A DNA stretch of 63,038 bases, filler included, from Basidiobolus ranarum (GCA_040143965.1; 22 parts of 22 records of this genome joined end to end with filler, not necessarily neighbours in it); one strand, 5' to 3'. Shown: positions 24,314-37,387, counted from the first letter of the whole stretch. Numbers and translations are program-made. Notes: generated by a model not told the origin, from the sequence alone.

Positions 24314-26027
24314 GCAGCAAGATATTCAAGAATACTGACACAAACTTTGTTTTGATGAAGGCATATCCCTTCCATTTCATTTTATCTACATTAATACTCG
24401 TTTAATATTAGTCATAATGTGACAGAATCTGGAGGCATCATTGTTTCATTTAGAATACTGTAAGTGCCTTAGCGCACTTTCCATAGCAAAAGCCCTTGCC
24501 TTGCTTGGATAAAACTAGAATGAAATTCATTTGCAATAACGTGACCAATGTTTGATCATCTCACAATTATTATTATAAAGTACGATTTGTTGATATATCG
24601 GATGTGTTTACCCGCCAGGGCTAGGAGGGTTGAGAAACCAGCGCAGGAATCAGTGCACCTCCATGGTATGGCAATGCAACGATGGTTTAAATTCGTACTA
24701 ACTGGTAAATGTTCATGTTACCCATGAACTGACTCGGGCTAACCCGGGGTGTCCATCTTTGGAAGTGCCTGGCTACCTATCTATGGATCTGATACAAATG
24801 GAGTGTACGTGAGAAAGTGCAATAGAAGCATCCAGAAGATCTGGAGTTTTGGTGGAGTAATCAGGGCGAGGTGCATTAGATCAACCATGGTTCACCACAA
24901 TCAACTCGACATGGAGGTAATGTTAGTGCTGTTGCCCTTACCACTAGCCTTACTACCAGGCTGACAATCCACAATACATGAACGCCATCATCATGACGAA
25001 TTGATTTCCGCTCATCCAGCGCTCTTTAATTATCGGAATCAGACAGCCAATTAGCCAGAGTACCATGAATAGTCGAATGCTGCTCTTGATCTACTGTCGT
25101 CATTCCAACCTTAAAACGTGGCGATGACCAATGTGAACACTGATTTCATTAGGCCAGACGACCTGAAAGAAGCCAGAATTCCAAGGGGCTGATTGGTTCG
25201 AATCCACCCCAATAATCGGAAGTAAACGGTGTCTCGAGTTACTGAAAATAGAAAGCGTCTTGGGAACTTCCCTTAACCTGGACACATTGTAACTTTTGAC
25301 GAGTGGTTTGGGATAGATTTATCAGATAAACAAATAGTCATTACCTGATCTCACTGGTTAGCGAGGTAGAATATGACCAATGATAGATTTCAGTGTCAAG
25401 CCAACTTATACAGCTGAACTGAACGAATGGCCATCATTTTCATCGGACTTTCCATTGTTGACCGAATCCCCATAGTTTAGTAAGTTCCATTCATTTCTAG
25501 ACACCGAGGTTTGGAAGAAATCAATGAATGCAGTAATCGTTACTTGATTATTTAATCGATGAATTTGATTTGCCCCATGAATATTGAAGTATGACATGGA
25601 TATTTTGTACACAGTTTTTAGAAATTTCAAAATTCTAGCAACAAAAAAAGTTCATACTCGGTGTAGCGGTCACCAAGTAAACGTAGATAAGAGTAGGGTA
25701 GTCACGAAAAAAAAAGTCGTCCGAGACTGTCTCTTTTATATTGGACTCTTGTATTTTTTACCTTTAGACTATTAGAGAGTTTTCTACCTTAGAATACTTT
25801 AATCNNNNNNNNNNNNNNNNNNNNNNNNNNNNNNNNNNNNNNNNNNNNTTAATTAATTAANNNNNNNNNNNNNNNNNNNNNNNNNNNNNNNNNNNNNNNN
25901 NNNNTACCGGCTGGCATGATAGCTCCAAAAAATCATCGTGTCCAATTGTGGTGGGATAGTGCCATATTGTTCCTTATAATGTCCGATCAAGTGTTATAGG
26001 ACCCAGCCATGGTAATTGACAGATTCT

Positions 26028-27966
26028 ATTGGAAAGGCTTGCTGGCCAGTATGTAATAACTTAACTTAAATCTTCTCCCTCCAAATGGTATAAAAGTCAT
26101 AACATTTTGAAACTATCCATCATAGCTGGACCTAAATCACCAGTGTTTATAGATAGCTACATGAAGCCTTTGATTGCAGAACTTGAATGGTTATCTAATG
26201 GGGTTGAGATGTGTGAATATTCTATTAAAGCTAATATCATACAATTTTGGCTTATTACAAGCAGTTTCTTAGCAATTTCATTAAACCAAGTGTACCATCT
26301 GAATATCTCAATGCAATTTCAAAGCATTCAAAATCTAAATCAAAATTGGCTTCTAAACAAAAGCCTGCTGGCACAAAAGGAAAAAAACCAGCTAGAACAG
26401 AGGACTTAATTGATGAGCAGTCTAGTGATCCAGTATCCTTTTTTGAAGCAATTAACATGCTAGAACCAAACTTAAGCAAGAATGAGGTATTAATCAAATT
26501 CACAGATGTGTTTCTTTTCAACAATAGTGCAAGTGAAGAGATTGTTATCCCGCAATTGCATAGTAAATTAACAGTCAATCAAAGTTCATCACAAACATCA
26601 TCAAGACCATTAACTTCCAAAATGGCTACTTTGCCTACTGTTGAACAACTCTTCACAGAAAATTTGTATAGATTTTTTACAACAAGGAAATTGCATGCAA
26701 AACACCTTAATGATTTGTATGCAAACATAAGTAAAAACTACCAAGTTGCTATTCAGGCCATGACAAGCAATTATGCAACAATATTGCAACTAATGCAGCA
26801 TGCTGAAGCAACTAGTCAACAGTTAGGTAGTCACTCAACAATGATACAAGATCTTCGGAATAATGTGCATGTGCTACAGCAACATGCTGCTCCCCCCATC
26901 CATTCTCACAAGGGATATCAATCAACTGCATACCATACATATGAACATCACCATGACAATCTAGCAGAGTTAAATACATGTTGGATCATTAATCCTACAG
27001 AACATCCCAAAATTGCTTGGGCTCATGAAAGTAGAAATCTCATAGGGAAACCATCAAACCAAAGCCACTTACCAAATTCTTCACACCATTACAGCACTGT
27101 TTTTTCTGCGTTAGATAAGCTGCAAAAAAGCTTAATTTATCATGGAACCAGGTATGCCAGTTGGAAGAGTGCTAAATTTGTAAGTTTATGCAACACCTGG
27201 TGCCTCTCAAAAAGGCAACACACCAGCAAATAAAACTCATGGCTCTCCAATCTCAACTGGTACTTATCAAAGTGTTGAAATAAGCCCCAAATTTAATGGC
27301 AAGCAAAAAGCTGCAAAACACTACAAAGCTCCCTCAGTAGTATCACTCTACAAGGAGGTATAAAAATATTAAGAGTGCTTAGGGAGTCTTCTCATAACTA
27401 TGAAAGGAAAAAACACAGTACAAGTATGCAGAAAGTGGCTTTAGAAAAAGCACATTCAACTGGACATTCAGTCAGTTGTTGACCATGCACTTATTTGGGA
27501 AGAACTTAATATTGAGTGGCACAATATTGCAGCACATCTATCAGATAGCTGGAAGAATGATAAGTCAGCAATGTTAATATAATGGTGGGCCTTGACGGAG
27601 ATATTGATAAAAATTTGTGTTGAATATGAGTTAAACCTTGGGTGTGAAGAACTCTGTAAGAAAATTCAGGAAAATATATCAAAGAAACTAATGATTTCAA
27701 AGGTGACAAAATAGCATTTAAGTGGGAAATGCGTAAAACAGGAGTTAATTTTTTTGCACATGTATTGATCCATAGTACCCTGAGACTATAGCCAGTCATG
27801 TGCAACTATTTTGCAAGATCTTGAAGTTTTACTCCTGAAGCTGAAAAAATTGATTTAAATCAAGTCTAACTTGACAATTTTGTGATGGTAACTAAAAATT
27901 CATTCCAAAATGGTTTAACATTGTGACCTGTTTCCTACAGTAACAATGTTCAAGTTTCTCTTAGGG
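26028..27966 (+). mobile_element. Rearranged CACTA-family copy: short transposase piece (26028-26243) fused to ORF2 (26247 to about 27730), ending at the terminus TTTCTCTTAGGG (27966)
   Basis: The 328-aa ORF matches the ORF2 fragments at 61593-63038 and 38358-39420. The terminus matches those at 60897 and 54319. Confidence 0.8.
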
Positions 27967-28462
27967 TTGATTGTGTTCATAGATTCAGTCTATCTTCAAA
28001 CTTGTGATGAAGTTTTGCATATCTAGTTAAAAAGTATTTGCACAATGGCTATATCTGCCTGAGATCTGCCAATATGAGTTGATGACATAAGAGTATATTA
28101 ACAATATCCACAAACAGCTACTAATGTTGCCAATACTTATCAGGCAGAAATATTTTCCAGATTCCACTTGAAAATATACAAATCCAAAACTTCCAGTCTT
28201 TGCATATGAACAAATGCCTAGATGAGTGGATATTGATGAGAGTTATGGTAAGATATAATGGTATCTTGAACTTTTCAAGCATTTTCCCATAGATTCAGAC
28301 TGTGATCCTATCTCAACTGGCTCATTAAGCTCAAATCTTCCACTATATGGCTAAATAAGCACTATTCAAATGTTGTTGAATAGTAAGCACACATTGCCTG
28401 TTGGGAAGTCCTGGCTCCAGCAGATCCCCTTTAGCAATATAATCTTGGGCTTATGGCTAATC
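27967..28462 (-). mobile_element. CACTA-family transposase fragment, the target of the nested insertion
   Basis: Reverse complement matches 7630-8130 (LPDKYWQH, LADLRQI). Confidence 0.8.
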
Positions 28463-29827
28463 TCACATTGTAGGGTTTGAAATATTCCAATAATATATTG
28501 CATGTAATAAGTAGGAAGAAAATTATCCATGGCTATCTTATGATATTTCACCAATCAAGAAGAATAACAAGAATATTTGATTGCTCATAGTTACATCAAT
28601 ACATATCTTGTTACAGTAATTCAAGCTGCAATCAAAAACACCGGAATTAGAGCTTTGCAACCATGCAAGAATCATANNNNNNNNNNNNNNNNNNNNNNNN
28701 NNNNNNNNNNNNNNNNNNNNTTAATTAATTAANNNNNNNNNNNNNNNNNNNNNNNNNNNNNNNNNNNNNNNNNNNNAGAGATTGTATGTTGAAAAATCCA
28801 TTGGCGATTACATAATCACTCTAAGTAATCTCCAGATTCAATCCAGTCAATTTCAAATGGGTGTAAGTTCATCAGATGCTTCTATCTATCACTATACTAC
28901 AACTAACTAAAGCACATGTATTTTTAGATTAAACTCATATCTCAAAAGCCCCAAAATCCCATCTCCAATCAATGGGAGCTTAGCTTCCCCTTCAACTCTA
29001 CCATTTTACAGATTGCTGGTGCTAAATTCCATCACAGTAATGGAACCTTGACATTGTCGGAGCCCACAATAAGAGATGAACTCAAAGATAACCAGTATAT
29101 GTCTATCACTATTGATGTAATAGGTCAATTGGATTGTGACGGACTATTGACCAAATTCCCCTTCCCTGAGATTGATCACATGAATTTTGTACCATAGAGG
29201 GGATGGAATACAATACCCAAGTATGAATAAATATATCCAACTAATTAGCTCTATAACTACCTTCGATTTACTACTGAAAGTAAAGGGATACCTCAACCTT
29301 GTACAGTACTAACTGTTTGCCCTTCCCAAACCATGCACCTTGGAATCCAGTTTGCTGCTTATCTAAGATTAAGAAATCTAAAGCCAAATACTCTTTTCGA
29401 TTAGCACGGATTGTAGAGCAGATCAGTCATAACTTAAACCAAAGTACAAGCACAGTGTTGGAAGCGAAGCCAATTATCTATGTCGTATATCCAACCAAAT
29501 GTGATTCTGAATCTGGTTAGGGTGTATCAATTCATGGTCTCACCGTTTTGAATGCAGAAATTGGGAGATCAGTAAATAATAAAATAATTACCGATCTTAC
29601 TACATCATCCACGATAATTATGTCGATTTGAGTGAAGAAATCAGTCTGAGCAATCATAATTAGTCACATTAGGCATAAAATGAGATAAATTTCCTTCTAT
29701 CAGCACTCTGTGTGTAACCGCCCTCAATTTGTTCTCATGAGTAAAGATTCTCCCGGAGTAAGTTTAAAGGAAAAGCGAAAAAAAGGGACAAGATAGAGGT
29801 CGAATATACCTTGGATATCTCAATAGA

Positions 29828-30371
29828 ATGAACGACAGCTGGGTTTTAGTAGGGAGTGAGCTTGAAATCACCTTTACAAAGGAAGGGTGTAACTCATGGT
29901 CAAAATTCTCTTGCAAGAATGTACGCTTACCTAGTGAGTCTGGTTCGGAAAAAGAAGGGAAACTTGTTAGTGTTATTAAGAATGGCGAGAAATATCATGC
30001 TTTCGATGCGGTAAGATTACCTACTCTCTCTCTTACAGCCTTGCAAGCACCTATATTGAATTTTGGCTTTTATTACCATAGGTTTGCCCTCATCGTGGGG
30101 CAATGCTAGGAGAGGGTCATATCAGTGATATCGAAGACATGGGTATTACATGGGGTCAAGCTATTGTATGCCCCGTACACCATTGGTAATTTCCCTGTTC
30201 CTTCTTTTTGTCATCTTCACTCGAGTTCTCTACCTTAACACTAACTAACTGATAACATATAGGTGGTTCAATCTTGATAGTGGTCAATGTGACCGCAGCC
30301 CTCATAAGATTTCTATTTACCCCGTTAAAGTTGAAGAAGGAAATGTTTACGTTGGGTCCACGCCGGCTTAA
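29828..30371 (+). CDS. Stand-alone Rieske [2Fe-2S] ferredoxin-like protein; exons 29828-30010, 30082-30185 and 30263-30371
   Basis: The spliced product has both Rieske boxes: YHAFDAVCPHRGAMLGEG..SDIED and IVCPVHHWWFNLDSGQC, then YPVKVEEGNVYV. Introns are GT-AG. Confidence 0.9.
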
Positions 30372-30598
30372 ATTCTATACAAACAGCCTACTCCAAGTCG
30401 ATATTTCTTCGTTTCATCCTCACTGTACTCATTAACAGTTGCATTTAAGTCGCTTAGCTTTTTATCATCCATTTACATTGAAGTTACCTGAACAATTTAC
30501 CAGGAATCATTTATTTGTTCACTATACTCTAGAACACCCGTTATTAAACCAGCTTTTCACTAAGGTGACAGTTCAACTATTTGGTATTTAAACACTAT

Positions 30599-31547
30599 TT
30601 ATTTAGTTTTCCCCTTGGCATGAGCTTCAAGAAACTTCCTGAACAAGATAAAAGTGATTAAGTAAATAGTGGTATTAAAGAATTGATGCTTCCCTGATGA
30701 GCTTTTCGTAATAATATTCGCGATGCGAGTTCCCACGGAAGCGAAATATGCAACACCCATACCTAGTGATACTAGCGCATCCATATTGTGCGGTATGAGC
30801 GTAGCGCAGAGATTTATAAGCCTTACCGTAGAATGGCCTTGCTAAGATGAATTGCACTGGTGTGGCAAGGATCCACATGACCAGAAAAGATACACTAAGA
30901 CCTGGACAAACTTGGGTTGCAAATGCCTTACGAACTGAATTTCATCAGATAAAGCTATATCAAAAACGATTCCAATGATAGAAGCCGGAATGGCAAAGCT
31001 TAGAGCCCAAAGGAAATAAATAAGCAAAGCGCGAGTCTCACCAGCATGTCGTTCTTGAATAGAGGGGCCTTTAGTATTAAGCTGAACAAAAATCAGAAAT
31101 GAGCTCAATTGAATTACGTGGGCCTATTTTCTTGGGATCGTTCACTACTACACCAGATTGCGTGAATAGATTAATCTGACAGGAGATAATACCATATTGG
31201 CTCTGAAGGTTGGATTCGATACTATTTACACAGGAGGAGCAGGTCATACCAGAAATTGTCAAATTGGTAGTGATTGTGCCACTGTTTTCGCCTTCTTCAT
31301 TATTTATACCTTTGGAGCCACTTTCTTGTTGAATGGTTTCCCATTGTAAATCAACTAGGTCGTATATTGGAGATGGATTCTTTAATAATCTCACCTAACT
31401 GTTCTTGGTCCTCTCGAGTGAAAGTAGAAACACCACGACCGGTTAAAGAACTAACGCAGTACCCTCGACAATAGAATCAATAGCTGAAAGAGCTTTTTCT
31501 GTGGTTTTGACACAGGAAGAACAAGTCATTCCTTCAATTTGCATGGT
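30599..31547 (-). pseudogene. Frameshifted and truncated P1B-type Cu-transporting ATPase (Ccc2/ATP7-like)
   Basis: Two HMA motifs (IEGMTCSSCV, ISGMTCSSCV), LATPVQF..ARPFY, MDALVSLG and YLITFILFRKFLEAHAKGKT lie in different frames; the match ends before the actuator domain. Confidence 0.85.
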
Positions 31548-31647
31548 NNNNNNNNNNNNNNNNNNNNNNNNNNNNNNNNNNNNNNNNNNNNTTAATTAAT
31601 TAANNNNNNNNNNNNNNNNNNNNNNNNNNNNNNNNNNNNNNNNNNNN

Positions 31648-34417
31648 ATTTGGATTTGTGAATTAGACACTTAAGTTTTATTGAATTGAATATGTCCTAT
31701 TTATAGTTTACTATGAAATAGGACTACTGGGTGTACCTAGATCATAACAAACATGCTTGCTAAGCATGGGTGAAGATTTGGATGATTTGGAGAGGTTTTG
31801 AGAACATAGTGAAAATTGGTAAAAGTGATCTAATTGATATTTCTATCAATTAGTGCAATAAACACATGTTTTTAAATGACAGAATGGAGTGCTAAATAAT
31901 CAGAATATGAATAAACTAACTACTAAATAATAAGTTGCTATTCACCTAATTTCAAGAGTCCTCTTTCATAGTAACTAACAAAACTGCATTTTCATACAAT
32001 ATATCTGAACTGTCTAACTCACAAATACAAATCTCTTCCACTACACTCCCATATCACCAAAACAAGTATGTCATGTCATGAGCCCAAGGCTAGCTATCAA
32101 ACAAATATCCACCAGTGCTATTACCAGCACCTTTGCATTCACAGAGAACTTTGATGATGAGGATTTTCATCTTTGAGAGTTCAAAATGGTGACAAACAAT
32201 AAGGACCTTTGAGGATGTGTTACAGGAGAAGAAATAGAGCCAAAGGGCAATAAGAGGCTATCCATGCCTTTCACAAAGTGGAGAAAGACACTCTCTAAAC
32301 TTTGTCCACATACTCAAGATTGCAATTGACAAATGTATAATCAGCGATAATGACTAAACTACTTAGAAGATGTTTGAGTCTCTGTCAAAGTGACATGATT
32401 TGCAAACCATTCAGGCCTAAGTATTGGTTATATATTGCAATATTCCTTATTATCAGTATATCTGTCCTATGAGTATATCAGTATTACCCTCATATCAGGA
32501 CCATCAGTGATTAACTGTATACATATCAAGCAGTATCAGTCAGCAATCTTATGATGTCACAGTAGTTAGTCATTTTGGGCTCATGATAGGCTTTTGGTCA
32601 TATTACATGCAAAGTCACAAGAACATATCTCTTCCCACATAGTTAGTTGTATGATCATGAATAATGTGCCAGCCCAATGTGTAGCAGATGTTTGCTATGC
32701 CACTGCAGGATAAGTTGGCCAAGGACTGTACCACCCCATTATTGTGTTCCTAGCTCCTAATATGGTAGTGGATTTAAATTCAGTGGAAATGTCATTACTC
32801 TTCTGATTGATTGGTTTCAGAATTTATACAAGAGTATCTCCCTCAATGAAATTCAGTCCAATTTTTGTGAGCATAATATGGGCCTACTTATCCCCCTATC
32901 ATTCTTAGCTGTTCAAGATTTATAACTTTGAAATCTGCAGCAATCCATCATCCACCCTGAAGAAGAACCTTTGGCTTGTCTGAAACATCTGAGTGGAGAG
33001 CAGCTGTTGATCATTACATAGCAGTCCTAACTTTTGTAGCCTCTGAGCAAACAACAGCAAGGATTAGTTAAGGTTATCCAGTTCCTACTAGGACTGGCTG
33101 TATCAAGAAGTATGGTAAGCATCAAATTTGATCATAACCATGGTCAAGTTGATGAAAATCCTGGAACTTGGACCATTCAGCTAGAAGAAGCCTTTATAGC
33201 CAGTGGAGTCCAAAGGCCAATTAGCTATACTATGCAGCTTCATATATTACCGGTGCAGCCCTACAGTGATATCACAACAGAGCCAGGACATCAGCTGCAG
33301 GATAACTGTCACCAACTACACCTTGAGAATAGGTTATCTAAGTGATTCAAACTGCCTTTGAGCCATCACATTAGCAGCAACCAGTAGGAAGAAAACGTTC
33401 ATAGTTTAAGCAAGTAAAAACTCTCTAATAATGTATCTACCAGTTCAGAAGCTTGATGGACCCATTTAACAATAGACATCAGCCAGACCAAGTGGAACAC
33501 TTTGTTAAGATATTTACAGTAAGAACCAAGATGGAAGTAAGCTATCAAGCTCTAGAGGCCTTGGAGCTGGCAAACAAGATTGCAATTACCAAAAAAATAC
33601 ATCTTTTGAATGGAAGAATCAAGTGCTAAATAATCTGAATATGAAATAAATAACTTCCAAATACTGAGTTGGTATTTATCTAATTTCAACATTCCCACTC
33701 AACTAATTATTTTTTTGTGTCTTAAGCCTACCTGATATCTTAATAAATCACATTGTGGTTAAGCTTGAGCAATGGCTATGATGGCAGCAATCATTACTTT
33801 AGTAGGGTAATGGACAAGTTCAATTATATCATTCTCTATGCCTCCTCCAACAAAATGATACCTAATATCCCTATGTTTGGTTATAGCATGAGATGTAGGA
33901 ATTTCAGCTAATGAAATATATCTTTGATTATTTGCAGATATCACTAGTGGTATTGTGTAATTACACAATTATGTCAAGATGCAACACATTGCATGTCTTA
34001 GCAAGTAACCCACATCTCCAAATAACTTCCTTTACCACATAGCTTCTTTTGTAGTAGCAGAGGCAGCCATATACTCTGCTTCTGCAGTGAAAAGTGCTAT
34101 GGTTGGTTGTTTCTTAATATTACAAGTTATGGCTCCGTTGTCATGTCATAAATGTTGAAATTAGATAAATAGCAACTCATTAATTAGTAGTTGGTTTATT
34201 CATATTCTGACTATTTAGCACTCAATTCTGTTATTCAAAAATGTGTGTTTATTGCTCTAATTGATATTTCTAACAATTAGATCACTTTTAGCAATTTTCA
34301 CTGGTTTCTCAAAACTTCTCCAAATCACCTCAAATTTTCACCCATGCTTAGAAAGCATGTTTGTTATGATCTAAGCATGTCCAATAGTCCTATTTCATAG
34401 TAAACCATAAATAGGAC
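31648..34417. mobile_element. Nest of LTR-retroelement remnants: Copia LTR-A copies in inverted orientation at both ends, a decayed PBS and Copia gag (about 32075-32400 plus), Gypsy gag (about 33110-33600 plus), Copia RNase H with PPT (about 33670-34140 minus)
   Basis: ENFDDEDFHL*EFKM...DL*GCVTGEE (gag); KKQPTIALFTAEAEY and TKHRDIRYHFV (Copia RNase H); GTTGAGTGGGAA-TGTTGAAATTAG (PPT plus LTR start). Confidence 0.8.
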
Positions 34418-34517
34418 NNNNNNNNNNNNNNNNNNNNNNNNNNNNNNNNNNNNNNNNNNNNTTAATTAATTAANNNNNNNNNNNNNNNNNNNNNNNNNNN
34501 NNNNNNNNNNNNNNNNN

Positions 34518-34651
34518 TCCAACTATCCATATGTGCAAATATGGGGACAGCTAGTCAATAGTCACTCTCCTTCCATGGTACATTATAGTAACGTTGGGAC
34601 ATCTGAAATTCGTGATTGAATATTTCACTCGAGTTATTATTGTTCACGACA
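34518..34651 (-). repeat. 134-bp inverted repeat, left copy (partner at 37151-37284)
   Basis: About 4 mismatches to the reverse complement of 37151-37284 by manual alignment. Confidence 0.95.
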
Positions 34652-34782
34652 GCTCACTCTATTTCATTTTATATTATTCAAACAGTATCCACCCAATAGA
34701 GTAATGGTGCATTTTATTCACCAGAAAGTACATATAGACCATATCGTGCAATAATTGTACGGTTAACATTATGCCAGTTAAT

Positions 34783-36140
34783 TTAACTGATTGGATTGGT
34801 TAGAACGGTGTTAATGAATACTTTGGCTGCAGCCAAGGTTTGTTTACCAACGGGAATGATATTTTTAGGTGGTAATACGAAACCAGAAGCTCCGCCTCCG
34901 CCAGATGGTGAGAGTTCAATAGCAATCGAAGTACTACGGAATCCCTGGGCTTGAGATACTTGGCTGCCATAGAACCAATCAGATGAACTCCCTGAGGCTA
35001 CATATAGGTCACTGATTTGCTGAGGTGTATATTGTTCACTGGGATTAACACCACGGATGGCTGCCTTCATTGCTTTGCCAAGAGCAGAGTATTGCGCGCT
35101 AGTTGCAGGTCTGGATTTACTCCAAGCGTATGGCCACATAATCAATTCACCGTAGGAGTGATAATCAATAGCTCCTGCAATATTCTTCTGTTGTAAGAAA
35201 TAGTTGATTAATGCTTTGACTTCAGGCTCACTGCCACTGGCAGGTCCCATATAGGTTTCATCTCTTGGGTTACTGGAAGAGCCACCCTGGTTCCAATGGT
35301 CAGGCCAGTTACGGTTCTAGAAACATAAAATATATTCAGGTCAAAATATGTCATATAGACTCTAATTTAATCAACTTCTTTACTTACCAAGTCAACTCCA
35401 TAGACTCCACTACCATTGTTACGACGGTTCTTACGCCACAAACGATCACCATTCCAGGTGTATTCATAACCATCGGGGTTAGATACTGGGATGATAATGA
35501 TCTCAGCAGAATCCAAGATCTTCTTTATATCGGCATCAGTAGCGTAGCCTGAGGCAAGACCATCGGCTACATACTGCATAGTGGTAGAGGCAATCCATTC
35601 TCTGGCATGTTGAAGACCTTGGAACCAAATCTTCTTCTTTTGGGTTCCGTTGCTGCTAGTAATCTTGAGTGCTGGGATATCCTTGCCAAGTGTAGTCTTA
35701 CCGATAGATGGTACTAGAGTCACGAGGTCAGGATACTTTGTAGAAAGCTGTTGAAGCCACTGAACAATTTCAGCAAATGTGTGGTAGTTTTGGAACCAAG
35801 TGGCATCATCCACAGCGCGCTTGGCCAGTGCGACTTGTTTTAAGGTCTTGGTCTCCTCGTCAATGCTCTCCTGGATGTTTTCAATTAGCACGGTTGGCTC
35901 AAACTCGCTGAGTTTTTCGATGTCATCAGGGGAAGCACGGATATGAAGAATATTATCAGACTTGTGCCAGACATCAAGGTTATTTTTGCTTACGAGGTCA
36001 AGGGCAGCGTCCGAACGCTTTACCTGGACCAGCTGATGGTTGTCGTAACGGACCGGGCGAGCCAAAAACTCAGTTACTGGAACAGCCAAGACACTTGAAG
36101 CGGAAAGTAGCGCTAAAGAGAGAAGTGTGGAGTAGCGCAT
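34783..36140 (-). CDS. Secreted zinc carboxypeptidase (M14A, with prodomain); exons 36140-35388 and 35316-34783, 428 aa
   Basis: Signal peptide MRYSTLLSLALLSASSVLA; QHAREW, NPDGY, LWRKNR, GVDL|NRNW across a 71-nt GTAAGT..TAG intron; DYHSY; catalytic IEL. Confidence 0.96.
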
Positions 36141-37150
36141 TGTAGAAGATTGTCGTCTGATAATGTTGGTGTTTCTTCGCGAGTTTTATACACCCTGAGT
36201 TGAATGTTGTTAAACCAATCATGACTTCTACCAAATTAGCACATTCAGTCATTTGCATGCAGTCATGAGACTGACGCGATTACGGTAACAGGTTATGGCT
36301 TTATCAGAAATTACGAATAGTTATATATGTCCGAGAATCGTACCCCGAGATTACAATACTCTCATTGTTCTGCTTCAATCTATACTACTGGTAATTTATT
36401 TCACTGGTCTGGTTCATCAAGTTCCTAATTTAGCTCTATCTTTAGTGAGAAAATAATAGCAGTGAGCCTTTAGTGTCCGGATCGACCAAACTTCCACCTA
36501 TTTGGTAAGTAACAGTTTCATTCTCAACACTGCCCACGCTCAATATTTCTCTCAGTTTTCCGGGAATTCCTAATCATTCTGAGTATTGATTGGCTTGGCT
36601 GTTCTACCGTGAATAGGGAAAAGTCGAGCCTCCTGACTGTGGGGAAATAGAAATGATAATTACAGCATTTTGACATAGGATTTTGTCACAGTGCCTTTGG
36701 ATGTCCAGTTTTTCGGGATTCAAGCTTACAAGTGACGCCTCTCCGTGACTTTCTCACTGGACATATATATGGTAATAACCAGAACCTCATAACCAGAACC
36801 TCTTGCGCTTGAGCTGCTAATGAACATCAAACCTGTTTGTTTATTGATTCATTTACTTACTGTTACCAGAATAGAAGGAACTCCAATATATGTGGCATAT
36901 GATAGTTTTGAACAAGACGTATGCGATTGCCAAATGTATTGTATGTGTTTGCATAATAATAAACCGAATGAATGGATTATTTGTATGTGTTCAGACTAAA
37001 CTAACCAATTCTAAATTAAACTTTTACCTCCCTTCATTAGGTGCATAATTTCCATATAGTACTCATACCCATGAATTCGAATATGGAAATCATGGAAGTT
37101 GAGAAGAAGTTGAATTAATTAGTTGATTATTTGATTAATTATTAATCAAT

Positions 37151-37284
37151 TGTCGTGAACAATAATAACTCGAGTGAAATATTCAGTCACGAATTTCAGA
37201 TGTCCCAACGTTTCTATAATGTACCATGGAAGGAGATTCACTATTGACTAGCTGTCCCCATATTTGCACATATGGATAGTTGGA
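37151..37284 (+). repeat. 134-bp inverted repeat, right copy; inner boundary starts TGTCGTGAAC (LTR-like)
   Basis: Partner of 34518-34651. Confidence 0.95.
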
Positions 37285-37387
37285 GTCNNNNNNNNNNNNN
37301 NNNNNNNNNNNNNNNNNNNNNNNNNNNNNNNTTAATTAATTAANNNNNNNNNNNNNNNNNNNNNNNNNNNNNNNNNNNNNNNNNNNN

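Noticed and set aside
24640-25400. Possible minus-strand gene remnant downstream of VPS13
   Set aside because: All frames examined are interrupted and no family motif was recognised.
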